Shown here: positions 51,101-62,900 of the stretch, piece after piece
How positions within the stretch are numbered: the first letter of the stretch is position 1
Layout of the letters: each line of letters begins with the position of its first letter
Source of the DNA: Saccostrea echinata
Taxonomy: Eukaryota
NCBI RefSeq assembly: GCF_033153115.1
Contig: NW_026889751.1
Coordinates: 30,008,001 to 30,072,000, forward strand
DNA length: 64,000 nt
Direction of reading: 5' to 3'
Translations under genes and position numbers: made by a program
Notes under the pieces: model-generated
What the model was told of the DNA's origin: nothing
The model's input: only the letters and a program-made list of their open reading frames with translations
Database searches by the model: none

Positions 51101-52177
51101 TTATACCCCCGCTCCGAAGGAGAGGGGGGTATACTGTTTTACCCTTGTGTGTCTGTCTGTCCGTCTGTCTGTCCGTAACAAACTTTGGTCGCAGTTTTCT
51201 CAGCAACTACTCATCATAGGTGCTTGAAATTTTAACACACTCTTTGTTTAGGCATGCCATATGGTGGGATTCACTTTTGTATGAATTCGATGTCTACTTT
51301 CTGTTTATCCGTGCGTTTGTCCGTACCATACATAAAAAAATTTGGTCGTAGTTTTCTCAGCAACTACTCATCGCAGATGCTTGAAATTTTAGCACAATCT
51401 TTGTTTAGGCATGCCATATGGTGGGATTCATTTTTGTACTAATCCGATGTCAACTTCCTGTTTATCCGTGCGTCTGTCCGTATCACACATAACAAACTTT
51501 GGTCGCAGTTTTCTCAGCAACTACTCATCATAGGTGCTTGAAATTTTAACACACTCTTTGTTTAGGCATGCCATATGGTGGGATTCATTTTTGTACTAAT
51601 CCGATGTCAACTTCCTGTTTATCCATGCATCTGTCCGTATCACACAGAACAAACTTTGGTCGCAGTTTTCTCAGCAACTACTTATCATAGGTGCTTGAAA
51701 TTTTAACACACTCTTTGTTTAGGCATGCCATATGGTGGGATTAAGTTTTGTACGAATCCGATGTCAACTTCCTGTTTATCCGTGCGTCTGTCCGTACCAT
51801 ACATAACAAATTTTGGTCGTAGTTTTCTCAGCAACTACTCAATGCAGATGCTTGAAATTTTAGCACAATCTTTGTTTAGGCATGCCATATAATAGGATTC
51901 ATTTTTGGAACAAATCCGATGTCAACTTCCTGTTTATCCGTGCATCTGTCCATACCATACGTAATAAATTTTGGTCGTAGTTTTTTCAGCAACTACTCAT
52001 CGCAGATGCTTGAAATTTTAGCACAGTCTTTGTTTAGGCATGCCATATGTTGGGATTCAGTTTTTACAAATCCGATGTCAATTTCCTGATTATCACTGTG
52101 TTTGTCCATAACCGAACTTGTGTATTCACATCAGAGCGGGGGTATTATTAGTGAGCATTGGCTCACAGACTTCTTGT
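51101..52177 (+). mobile_element. HINE-like element, family C, with ~6 tandem 157-bp monomers, downstream of the bark stop codon
   Basis: 5' TTATACCCCCGCTCCGAAGGAGAGGGGGGTATA hairpin, GTCT/GTCC microsatellite, GGTCG recurring at 157-bp spacing (51187-51972), 3' GAGCGGGGGTAT + GTGAGCATTGGCTCAC hairpin + CTTGTT. Confidence 0.85.
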
Positions 52178-53043
52178 TCTTTATGACCTGTGCAATATTT
52201 ATGCTGAGCATAACTAAATATGATTTAAATTATCCATTGTCCACAAGGTATTGTTTATAGCAGTTGTTTGTACAGTTGTTTGTACAGTATATTATTGAAT
52301 GTTTTATTACTATTCTAGTATACTCACTAATGTATTAATAAGTAATTATTTTGTATATTCAGTGCTTGTACATTTTGCATTTGTATTACATAGCAATTAA
52401 TATATAACACTTTGTAAATATTTATTAACCAAGACTCTAATTAATTTAGTTGTAATTGAAAATGACAAAGGAGAATGGTTTTAACCAGAAACAAATCAAT
52501 CTTTCACTTTAAACTAAAGAATTCTGTTTGACCATGTTTTATAAATCCGCACATTGTGGGCATGTAGAATATTCCATTCTTGTTTCTTTTCTTACTTTTA
52601 TTCTTTCTTATTAACATCACATAGATTTATAAGAGCTCACATACCCCTGTTTAACAAGTGCAACAGACACTTCTACAAAAAAAAAATGACTTCTACAAAT
52701 TTGAAAATAAGCCAAGGATAATTTGTTTAAGATAATGGAATGACTTAAGGTTTATTGACCCTCTGATAAGAGAGATAACTCTGACTGACATTAATGACTA
52801 TACATAATTCCATTTTAATTTAAAAAAAATTAAGGTTAAACAGCATTTCTGTTAAAAAAAAATTCTGAAATAGCTTGCATTTCAATTATAATTTTTTTTT
52901 TGGAAATCATTATTTGATTTGCTTTTTATAATGTCAGGTGAACTGAGGGTCAGTGAACCTTAAATCTTGATAACTGAGGATTAAGGAGTGTCTGTTATTT
53001 CTCTGCTGCATGTTGTAACCTGGGTGTTGTGAATATCTTGTAG

Positions 53044-53251
53044 TGTGAGCTGGTCCTCCCTCCATCTGTCCACCATCCACAAAAGTCACACCTCCCTCAA
53101 CCAAGGGGAAGCAACCTACACTCTCCGTAAAAGTAACACGTCACTCAACAAAGGGGAGACAATCCAGAGTAATCTACGTAAGACAGGTCATTCTAGGTCA
53201 TGCCAGGACATTTTGGAGACTAGTCAATCCAAGTCTTGTTGTATCAGTTAG
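53044..53251 (+). CDS. Candidate alternative terminal coding exon (probably of bark) ending in CaaX (SKSCCIS*)
   Basis: Acceptor ATATCTTGTAG at 53033-53043; GC-richer open frame in AT-rich surroundings; in-frame 51-nt internal duplication (KSHTSLNQGE / KSNTSLNKGE). Confidence 0.4.
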
Positions 53252-53631
53252 CACTAAATCTTTCAAAAGGTAGAATATTTAATAATTGTCTCTTAATATT
53301 TTATCTCACTTGTACGATTCAGGGAGCCATTTTCATTTCCATATATTTCATTTTCTAACCCATTGCTGAACCATTTTTTTTGTGTAATTTTAATACTACC
53401 CCTCCTACCAGTTAACATTTATTTATTTTTGGAATAAGCTTGATTACATTTCATAAGATTTTCGATTATTTTGAATGTTTATTAAATGCATGAGAAGTTT
53501 CCCCCCCCCCCCCATTTCTGGATTGTCTTCCCTTGATATCCTGACATAGTAATGTGTATAACACAGATGCATAATTTCAAGTGCTCTTTAAAGCTGTACA
53601 ACAGTTTTGTTTACTTAGTTTGTATGTGAAC

Positions 53632-54163
53632 TAGGGGTGTAATAATATGCTAGTATACCACAATACAGAAAAAAAAAATTGTGCCATATCACAGGAAACC
53701 CTATACAAGTGTATCATGATATACATGTATTATAACGTTTTAGCATATACATGTATTACATTTTAAGCAATTTAATATAATTTCTTTTAAATTCAAACCA
53801 CAGGCACCTGAAGTTACTTATTTTTCTTTTAATAGAAAAAAATATATACCCCCTACCTTAAAAATTAGGTAGGGGGTATATTTTTTTTATTTAAAGAAAA
53901 ATAAGTAACATCAGGTGCCTGTGATTTAAACTAATAATAGCATCTTTTTAAATTTGTTAAAGCTGCTTTTATTGTGTGCAGAGCTCATAAAATGTGTGAA
54001 TTTTATTAAATAATCTACAACAAGGAGATTCTCCTTTATGAACACCGAGACATCCAAATTATATCAAAATATGAAAGGTGAAATATCACAGTATATAACA
54101 CGATATAGTCCCAGTGTATCATGATATATCACGATACACTATAGCCATATCATTACACTCCTA
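53632..54163. mobile_element. hAT-like MITE
   Basis: TIR TAGGGGTGTAATAATATG / CATATCATTACACTCCTA; GTATC/GATAC subterminal repeats. Confidence 0.7.
53799..53923. mobile_element. 125-bp hairpin MITE nested in the 53632-54163 element, 8-bp TSD
   Basis: CACAGGCACCTGAAGTTACTTATTTTTC...CCCCTACCT pairs with AGGTAGGGG...GAAAAATAAGTAACATCAGGTGCCTGTG; flanks ATTCAAAC / ATTTAAAC. Confidence 0.85.
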
Positions 54164-55064
54164 TTGATAACAGAGATTTTTACTGTGATGGTCATGCTAC
54201 AAGTGTCATGATTAATTCTCTCATTTTCATTTAGGAATATAGATGTATCATCATCATCACTCAATAACATTCCTTTTATACCCATTACAGAAGTGACCAG
54301 GGTTGTCTTACATCTCCATCATTCCATTTAACACAGCACATACATGTATTGTCATTGTTATGTTACTTTTGTGCTCATTTTACTGTTAAACAGTGTTCCT
54401 TTGACTGTTTAACAGTGAATTTAATTTTCCTCTTCAGTAAATGTTTTGACATATGATGTGTTGGCATTTGATGTGTCCATTCCTGGTATTTTTGTATATT
54501 TTTTTATATACTGCACACATTATACTATACATAAAACATATCAATAAACCTCAAGTGTAATTTGTCATTTGAGGAAATGTCTAAAATTTTTCCCAATATT
54601 TGCATTGTTGTAAAACATAAGTTAATACATATTATAAATAGGTATACAAACTATTGCTAATTGCAGTCTACGTTGAATTATATTTTTACTGGATTTATGG
54701 TGATTTTTATACAATTATATATTTTAGAAAATTGAATTAAATGAATGAAATATATATTTCTTTTTGTGTTTTTCTATACATGTTTTTTTAGTCTTTCATA
54801 CAGATGGAAGATAAATTACACAATTTTTTGTTGAGCCATCTTTAAAAAATTGCATGTTTGCCCTCTCCTGACAGATTTACAAATGGGTCTTACTCAAAAT
54901 ATTTTTTTTTAAACCTCCAGAAAAAGTTTTTTTTTCCTGATTTTTTTTCATCCCATCAACAACTAGTGAAATTTTATTAATATCTTGACTTTCAGTAAGT
55001 TTTGAAAATTGAGAAACAATGTTGAAAATTTCTTTTGAAAAAAAGTTTTGCTACCAATCTACCC

Positions 55065-55368
55065 GCCCGCGTGGCGCAGTGGTTAGAGCATTTGCTCTAA
55101 AGTCACGGAGTAAGGAGTTGATCATTACGCAGTGGGTTTGAATCCCACTGTGGGACGTGGAGACCGGTCCTTCGGATGAGACCGTATAAACCGAGGTCCC
55201 ATGTCGCAGTAGGTGCTGGCACGAAAAAGATTCCTCACTGCTCAATAGCCCTGAGTGCCGAGTATAGGTAAAAAATTTGCAGCTCTCCACTGGCAAGTGG
55301 TGGCGTCTCCATATGAGTGAATAATTCTCGAGAGGGACGTTAAACAACAAACTAACAAATAACAAACA
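55065..55368 (+). mobile_element. tRNA-derived SINE with conserved-core-like central domain
   Basis: A box TGGCGCAGTGG, B box GGTTTGAATCCC, core TCGGATGAGACCGTATAAACCGAGGTCC, (AAC/AAAC)n tail, TSD AATCTACCC at 55056-55064 and 55369-55377. Confidence 0.9.
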
Positions 55369-56825
55369 AATCTACCCAATTTGTTTTATCCTGAGTAGGA
55401 GGGAGGGCAAGCAAACACTTTTCTTTTAAGATGGCCTTATGGACCCCTTTCCTAATTTATAAAGTGCATGGCTACTATTTGTGTGGACTAATATTGTAAA
55501 AACCAACAAGAATAGTGCAAACTAAATAAAGAACTTTCAAAACAAAGAAATATGGTTTAAGTCTGATATGCAATATTGTTCACAGGAATTTTGTCCCATG
55601 TTTTATTTTTCATGAATGCATTAAAATTGATTTCACTTTATTTGTGTATGGCTGATGCAATATCACTCTTCTAATTGTCGAATACATCTCATGTACATGT
55701 ATAGTAAGCCCATAGGAAACAATTTCAAGCAAAAAATTCCTTGATCAAAAAAGGGGGCATTAGATTATTAATTATTTAGGGGGCACATTCATGTAGTAGC
55801 TTTATTTTCAACAGTATTCTGTATACCTTTATTGGGATGTATTGGCCTCCCCTGTGCCCCCTCAGCTTCTAGGGTCACGTTAGCCTACTAATACCAATAA
55901 ATTCCCCTTATTGAGGATTGATGCATGGAAAGTAAGAGAAAGTTTCCCCTTAATACATTTATACTTCCATACCTGTTATGAAAGACAAATACAGAAGAAA
56001 GGGAATTTCAGCAGCATTAGTGGAATTAAGCTTTTGAAAAAAATGAATTCAGTCTTTCTTCTCCCATTTTTTTCCCTTAAGGTTCATTCTCTATCTGATA
56101 AGAGAGACAACTGTTACTAGGATATTTAACTATTATTCCAACATAAAATTGTCAAGTTAAAAGGCTGCAGTGAGATTCTGTCATATTTTCCCTGCAATGT
56201 ATGACAAAAAATGCTTGCATTTTGATAACAATTTAAAATAAGATTTCTTTTGGAAAATCACTAGCATCAAAATTGTATATGAGTGAATGAGGTATAATGA
56301 TGATCGAGGGAAGGAAGCTTAACAAAATGGATCTTTCTATGAAATGGTGACAATTTACTAAAAGAAGATGGAGATAACTATAAATAATACCATTCAAAGT
56401 AAAATTTTTGACAAATTCTTGAAGAATAAAATTTGTAAAGAAATGGGGCAATTTAGAGGTTATATTTCTCTCAGTAGAATCAATTTTATTTTATTTGTTT
56501 ATAAATAATTAGATGACACTTAACCTTGAACTAATATTACCTTAAAATATAAGTACTGAATATTTATCTACAATATATGGGAATTTATATATATTGAATT
56601 TCATAGGAATTCTCAAGATCTGTATTTATGTACTTGTAAACAAAAAACATTAAACAAGAACATAAAATTATAAATGATTTATTTTAGTGTAATATTTTTT
56701 CATAGTATATATAATTTGATATGTACAAGTAACGATTTGAGTTTGAAGTCTCTCACAATGAATCTCGACATTACATGAGGTCTCTTCACTGATTACCACA
56801 GTCACAATCACAAAGTCCCGCCCCC

Positions 56826-59218
56826 TCATAACATGAACGGCAGATCGAGGTTCTTCTCTCCATTACCGACATAACAGGATCCGTATAGACGGGTGCCGGG
56901 GACGTGATAACTAATGTAACCTAACCACAACAGACTCCGGAGAGTGACCAGTCCACTTCCGCGCTCAAACTGCAGACTCCAGGAACCTAGTAACGGGTAA
57001 TATAACAAAACTATAGGTTAGAGGTGTATTTATGTTAAACATCGTGTTATTGTATCATTATTAAATTATCTGACTTAAAGTCCAAGACTGACAATTTGCC
57101 AGAGACAAGGTCAGAGAACTGAACAAATTTTCTTGTTAGGCTTTTAAGAGGTTGTGTTACTGAGATATTTAACACAGTAACTACAGTAAAAGCTGGATAC
57201 GTCGAGGAAGTCACTGGGACCTCAAAGTTTGCTTCCTTACACTGAGACTCTTTAAATCCATATAAGAAAAGTCTTCTATGAGATTTGTAAAAAGTTCTTT
57301 ATGGCTGACATTTCCTTATAAGTGGGTTCTTTATAGCCAAGTTTTACTGTACATCTTGACAGAATTTTTGTTGTCTGTTCACATTTTAAATCAAGGAAAA
57401 GAGGCCAGGGGGAGGTAATTCAGGTTTAGACTTTTGACTGTTTTATTGTAAAGAATATTCAGTGTTTAAGATGAAAGGAGGGGAGGTAATTTTGGCATCA
57501 TTGACCCCACTGACCTTTAGGGATATCCTCCTCCAATGTATCCATGAAGTCAATGGCCTTGTCAAGGTTAGCCTTCTGGAGCAGGGTCTTCTCCTGGAGA
57601 CTGATGGGTTCACGGAAGTGCATGTAGGAGCACAGCTTGGCTGATTCCGAAACGGACAATCCTGGATACAAAAAAGCATATATTAGTTGTAATGAACAAA
57701 AATCTTGATTACAAGCTATATATTGATCAACCAAAGGAAAACAAAGAATATGTACCAATAAAGGCTGAAAATAATCCTTGAAATTAAGCTGCATGGGGGC
57801 ATCAATTTAATCATATCATTAGAATGACCCTACCTTCAAAACTTCTATTTGCGATGACTTTTCCTTCTGGGGTCTTGATAAAGGCTGCTCGTGGGACAAT
57901 TTTCACATCTTCATCAATTTCAGCAATAACTGAGGACAACCTGTCTTCTTCTTTGATTGTTATCTACAAGAAGTTTGAGATTTTTATCTATAAAACTGTT
58001 TATAAGTTATAATTGGGATTTAAGAACAACAGAATTAAATCTGAGTTTATTTTACATAGTGATATAAGAAAGTTTTTAACCTATACAGTTTTCAAAGAAA
58101 CGTGAAAAGTGGGATTTCAAATTTCTATTCACCCATGTGATAAACAAATTTTTACAGTATGCATCTTTCACATACAATTCATACATGTGTGAAAGAAGCA
58201 CTATCACTGTATGATGATGCATTGGTAACATTACACCATGACCCAAACCTCAAGCATACAATTTTGTGCAATCTATATGGACCCTATATAACAAAGTAAT
58301 ATTGCCCAAACCAATGTGATAATAAATCATTGATATACTAGTATGCTGGACTCTAAATACATGTAATGCTTGCTGATTTTTCCTGAATCCTTCAAAAATA
58401 TACCGTATTATCAGCGTGCTCTCTTAATTCTCCAGTGGTCGTCGAAAATCGCATTTTTGTTTTCTAAAAAGATTATCTAGGTAATTTGATGGAAACTTGT
58501 ATTTTGTTTCAATTGTTTAACTCTAAGTTAACATCTAATGATTTCTAAAATACATGTATACTTAATATCTGATATCAACTTCATCATTGTTTATGCATCT
58601 TTCACAAGCACTAGCTAACAAGCTCAGCCAGCCGGTTTTGATGCTGAAGAGTAATAAACTAATGTAAGAATATTATTTTTTGTTTATTTCAGTCACTCAC
58701 CGTCTCCTCCTCCCCAGGTTCCTCACCATCTTCTGCTTTCTTCTGTTCTGTGTGCTCAAATTCGTAGGATGGATCCCCGGTAAATCTACCTTTGGCTAGC
58801 TTGCTTTGTTCCCTCATAGCTTTAGTCGCTGGTGGCAAAAGACCCCAATGGACACAATCTTTGCTGTAGTACAACAACAAGGAATAAGTCCAAATAATTT
58901 TCTAAGTATCTTGATCATTACTGGCTTTAATTAATTAATTATCGTGATACATGTACGTACTACATCTACTTTAGATTATTCAAAAACTTACCTGTAGAAG
59001 GTTTTCCTGTCCTCCATTTCATCTCTCCCAACACCTTGTGCAATGAAGTAATCATCTTTTACACCAAGTATTTTACCCCAGAAATAAACTCTGTGAAATT
59101 TGCCAGAATTCTTTAATATAACTAGCGAAGTCTGTAAAGCAGCCTTTTGTTCTGGACTCAGAATAATTCCACTACTTCCAACGTAGTCAATGTTTAGATG
59201 AAGACCCTCTGAATCCAT
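56826..59218 (-). CDS. RSPH9: Radial spoke head protein 9 homolog, 5 exons
   Basis: Exons 59218-58992, 58863-58701, 57963-57834, 57661-57515, 56986-56826; motifs LSPEQKAALQTSL, FWGKILG..DYFIAQG, GRFTGDPSYE, IKEEDRL, VPRAAF, DIPKGSWSLQ, LRSLLWLG, YVGNGEKNLDLPFML. Confidence 0.95.
57182..57351. mobile_element. Small TA-flanked Tc1/mariner-type MITE
   Basis: TACAGTAAAAGCTGGATA / TATAGCCAAGTTTTACTGTA termini. Confidence 0.6.
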
Positions 59219-59654
59219 TTTTGTGATGTTAATTCTACTTCAGTTAAGAAGCTCCTGGGGAAATCAACAGCAAACAACACTGTGTTGTCACAGTCAGCAC
59301 TGTTGCCAAGGAGAAGTAAACAATGCGCATGCTTGAGAGGATCTTGATCTTTGATACGCTTTAAATTAGTTTGACCAAAATTTGTTCGTGAATTTGTAAC
59401 AAGGTAACACTTATGAATAACATAATTCATAAACAGTGTTTTATTATTCAGGAAAATTTAAGTGTCAAGTAAGATATCCCCATAATCAATCATGATGATA
59501 ATAAGTCAACTTAGTAAAATTATTCTAAGAACTACTTAATGCGAAGTTGCATTTCCTGTCTGTCGTGTCAAAACAGAAAGTAAGAAACAATAGAAAAGAT
59601 ATGACTTTGTAGCTTCGTAAGCCCAGTTAAATCGCACTGACAACCGCCGAAATT
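59219..59654. promoter_or_regulatory. Bidirectional RSPH9/NUDT22 promoter region with RFX X-box-like, forkhead and NRF1-like motifs
   Basis: ATGs ~436 bp apart head-to-head; GTTGCCAAGGAGAA (59302-59315), GTAAACA (59316-59322), TGCGCATGC (59324-59332). Confidence 0.6.
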
Positions 59655-60192
59655 ATGGAGAACGAAAGTGTGATTCTACTTAGTGTTCCGTCCACACAGA
59701 CAATAACCAATTCAAACACTCATGTTCTTATAAACAAAGAGTACAACCGGAGAAAACATAATGATTACGATAAACAAATAGATGCCAACTGGAACAAAAG
59801 AGTCTCCGACAATCCAAAGATCTTTAATGGAACTAAATTTCGCCTATCATCTGTTTCTCTGTCTAATGATACTTTTACTATGAACTTGGGACTGACATGT
59901 TATAAGGAATTTTTAGGAACAAATTGGTGTAAGAATGCCAAGTTTTTGGCCGAGGATGGTGTCAGGGATTTCCAAGACAGCCAGGCATACATGTCTGATC
60001 CACTGGGAGTCGGTACGATTGTCCTGACGACGGACGATAAAGTTATTTTCCTAACTAGGAGTGAACATTGTGCAGAAGCTCCAGGGTTATGGGATGTTCC
60101 AGGGGGTCACCCAGAGCCACAGGTAATTATTATATTGGCAGATATAACAAATATGCTGTGTAACCTTCAATTACAAAAAAAAAAAAAAAAAA

Positions 60193-60237
<45 letters not shown>

Positions 60238-61751
60238 ACAAGGCACTTTTCAACTGCTGTGAACAATCTGTTATATATCTTCAACAAGTATTTGAAAACA
60301 TATATATTAAGATATGTCAAGGGGCAACTCAGACTAACAAAAATATCCAGTACATAAGAAAATTTTATTTTCCAATTTTGGGCCCAGAAGGCATACAAGC
60401 TTTTTACAATGAAAAGATAGAAAGTTCTGAATGAAAGGTTACATACACACAAATAAACATGTAGTACATATAGGTAGAATGTTACTATAATATTGAAGAT
60501 AAACTGATTACGGCTTAAGATTCTGCTTAATGATGAATCAGAGCTGTCAATAATTTTGAAGAGGTAAATTTATCCATTTGAAGAGGCTGTTTTAGAATTA
60601 TTTCCAACAGTCTACTTTGTCAACTATGCAATTTGAAGCAACGGAGTCCTACTGTTGAAACAGTGATAAATCGCCTCCTGTCACCCCCTATTGAAAGCCT
60701 TGATGAATAATGACTTTTTTTTCAAAAGGGTATATTGAGTGAAATATCTGAAATGTAATATGTGAAATTTTCTCATTTCACATACTAATAATGGTTTTAA
60801 CTAGTTCATAAATTTCATGCATAGATTCTTTTTTCAGGAAATTGTTGGGAAGATTCCTTTAGAGGAAATAAAGTTTTCAGACCTGAATGAAGAAAAAGTT
60901 GTGAGCGAGATTTACGATTCAATAATGAGAGAAGTTGTTGATGAGGTGAACATTCCAGCTTCCTCCCTCTCAAGACCAAACTTCATTGGTGTGGCTCAAA
61001 ATATTTCTGCAGCTAAGCGTCCAAGTTCTGAGTTTATAATCAGGTATACATTACTTTTGCTGGTTTCAGTGTACAGTAAAACATGATTATGGCAAACAAG
61101 CTATAATGAATACACAGTTGTAGCAAAGTGGTTTTCAATCCCAGCCTGTGGTTTTAAAGCATAATTACTGTATGAACATAGTATGAACTATGGAATGAAC
61201 TATGAAACATAGAATGAACTTAATTAATTCTGTTGATAATGAATCAAAATTGTTCATCCCTGGCACTTTGCTATAATGGTGTTTTACTGTATTATAGTGT
61301 GTGCCATTATCATAATATTGGTATCTCGAACACCAATATCTCAAATATCAGGGCATACCAAAGTGATTTTGAAATCCTTTAAGTCCCTTATTTCTTAAAT
61401 ATTTTACTTGGATATCTCAAATCCTCGGATATCTCGCAATATTTTCTTGGTCACATCAAGTTCAAGATAATGAGGTTTGACAGTATTATTCATCAGAATT
61501 TTAATGACCTTATTAATAATTTAAGTCTTATCAACTGTTTCAGCTGTAGTTTGTCCTCCTCAGAAGTTAGGGACCTGTACACCAAAGGAAACCAGGAGGA
61601 AGCTTACGAATCTACAAATATCCAGTTTGTACCCAAGAAAACTGTGCTTAGCTTAACACCAAGTCATGAAATATGGGCCAACCTAGCTCCATCTGCCAAA
61701 GGCTGCATCATGTTGTACAAATTATACAGTAACACAGCTGTTTTAAAATAA
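59655..61751 (+). CDS. NUDT22: Nudix hydrolase NUDT22 (UDP-glucose pyrophosphatase), 3 exons
   Basis: Exons 59655-60122, 60838-61043, 61544-61751; motifs IFNGTKFRL, LGLTCYKEFLGTN, SDPLGVG, DVPGGHPEP, REVVDEVNIP, RPSSEF, EAYEST, LAPSAKG. Confidence 0.92.
60175..60235. repeat. Compound (A)n(GA)n microsatellite in NUDT22 intron 1
   Basis: Direct reading. Confidence 0.9.
61072..61291. mobile_element. Small TA-flanked Tc1/mariner-type MITE
   Basis: TACAGTAAAACATGATTAT / ATAATGGTGTTTTACTGTA termini. Confidence 0.6.
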
Positions 61752-62900
61752 CTTAAACTGTGGTTTATTAATTTTTGTAGAAATCAAATTTCATGTTATT
61801 GGCAAAAAATATTATTTTAATATAGATATTTTAATTCATATACAGCTATCTCCTATTCTGTCATATGTACAATTTGCAATTTTGATGACCTAATTTTGTG
61901 GTCTGGCTCAACATGAAAACAACAAAAATTGATGTTCAACAAAAACTGATGAAACTACTGTAATATTTGTGGACATATCAAAGAAGTGCCTTTAACAGAT
62001 TTTTTTAAGCTTGCATAATATGGGGAAGAATAAACTACAAGTATTTTTATATCCACATTTTGTTGTTTATATTTAACATGAACTTGGCTTAAAACTGCCA
62101 TGCCCTAGGCCTGGGCATTTGTCCTTAATTTTTCCTCTTTGACAAACCAAATTTAAAAGTGGCAGAAATTGCCAGGAATATATATGGGAAAAATCTTGAT
62201 GATTATGAATGAAAGGATGCTTCAGCAAACAATTTTCTTGTTTAAAACATGTTTCCTATACCTCAATGGCTACCTTTATGACAATGCTGCAGATTCCGTC
62301 GGTTAACGAATGAACTCATACAGGAATCTGAGCTTGTTGACCTCCAATATGGTAGCCAATGGGAATAACTCTAACTAAATTTACACCTATTGAAAACTCT
62401 ATAAAGAAGAAACTACTCAGATTGTCAGCCTATTTAAGATCAATGAAGACTTGTACATATATGGTTAAATGGAATGAAGTTAAGACACAACACTTTGAAC
62501 ACAGAGCCTTTTTTATTAATGGTGCATTTAATTGAATATCTTCCTAATCTGATGATTAGCAATGGCACTTCCCAGTATAAGTAAAATCATATAATTACAC
62601 ATTCTCTGTTCTCCAATAAATCATTATACATCTTTATTCAAAAAAGAAAAAGCTGCCAAACAGAAGTCCCACTAAAAACACATCAAACTTTTTATATGTC
62701 TATTATTTATACAAAGAGTTGTCATTGACCATGAAGTATGGAGGCTGGGCTATACAAGAGGTTTATTAGTAAAGCTGGCATGGAACAAAAAAGCAGCTAC
62801 AACAAGTCACAGTGTGTTCTAGGAACATCCACATATACTTATTACTAATAATTATCTGTCACCACTAGAAACACACGGGGGGTTAGAGTCTGGCGGGTGG

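Noticed and set aside
55065-55155. tRNA gene
   Set aside because: A and B boxes are present, but the sequence continues into a SINE core, simple-repeat tail and TSD; no clean cloverleaf
60123-60434. Extension of the NUDT22 ORF with poly-K and RE repeats
   Set aside because: Read-through into intron 1; donor at 60123 and homology resumes at 60838
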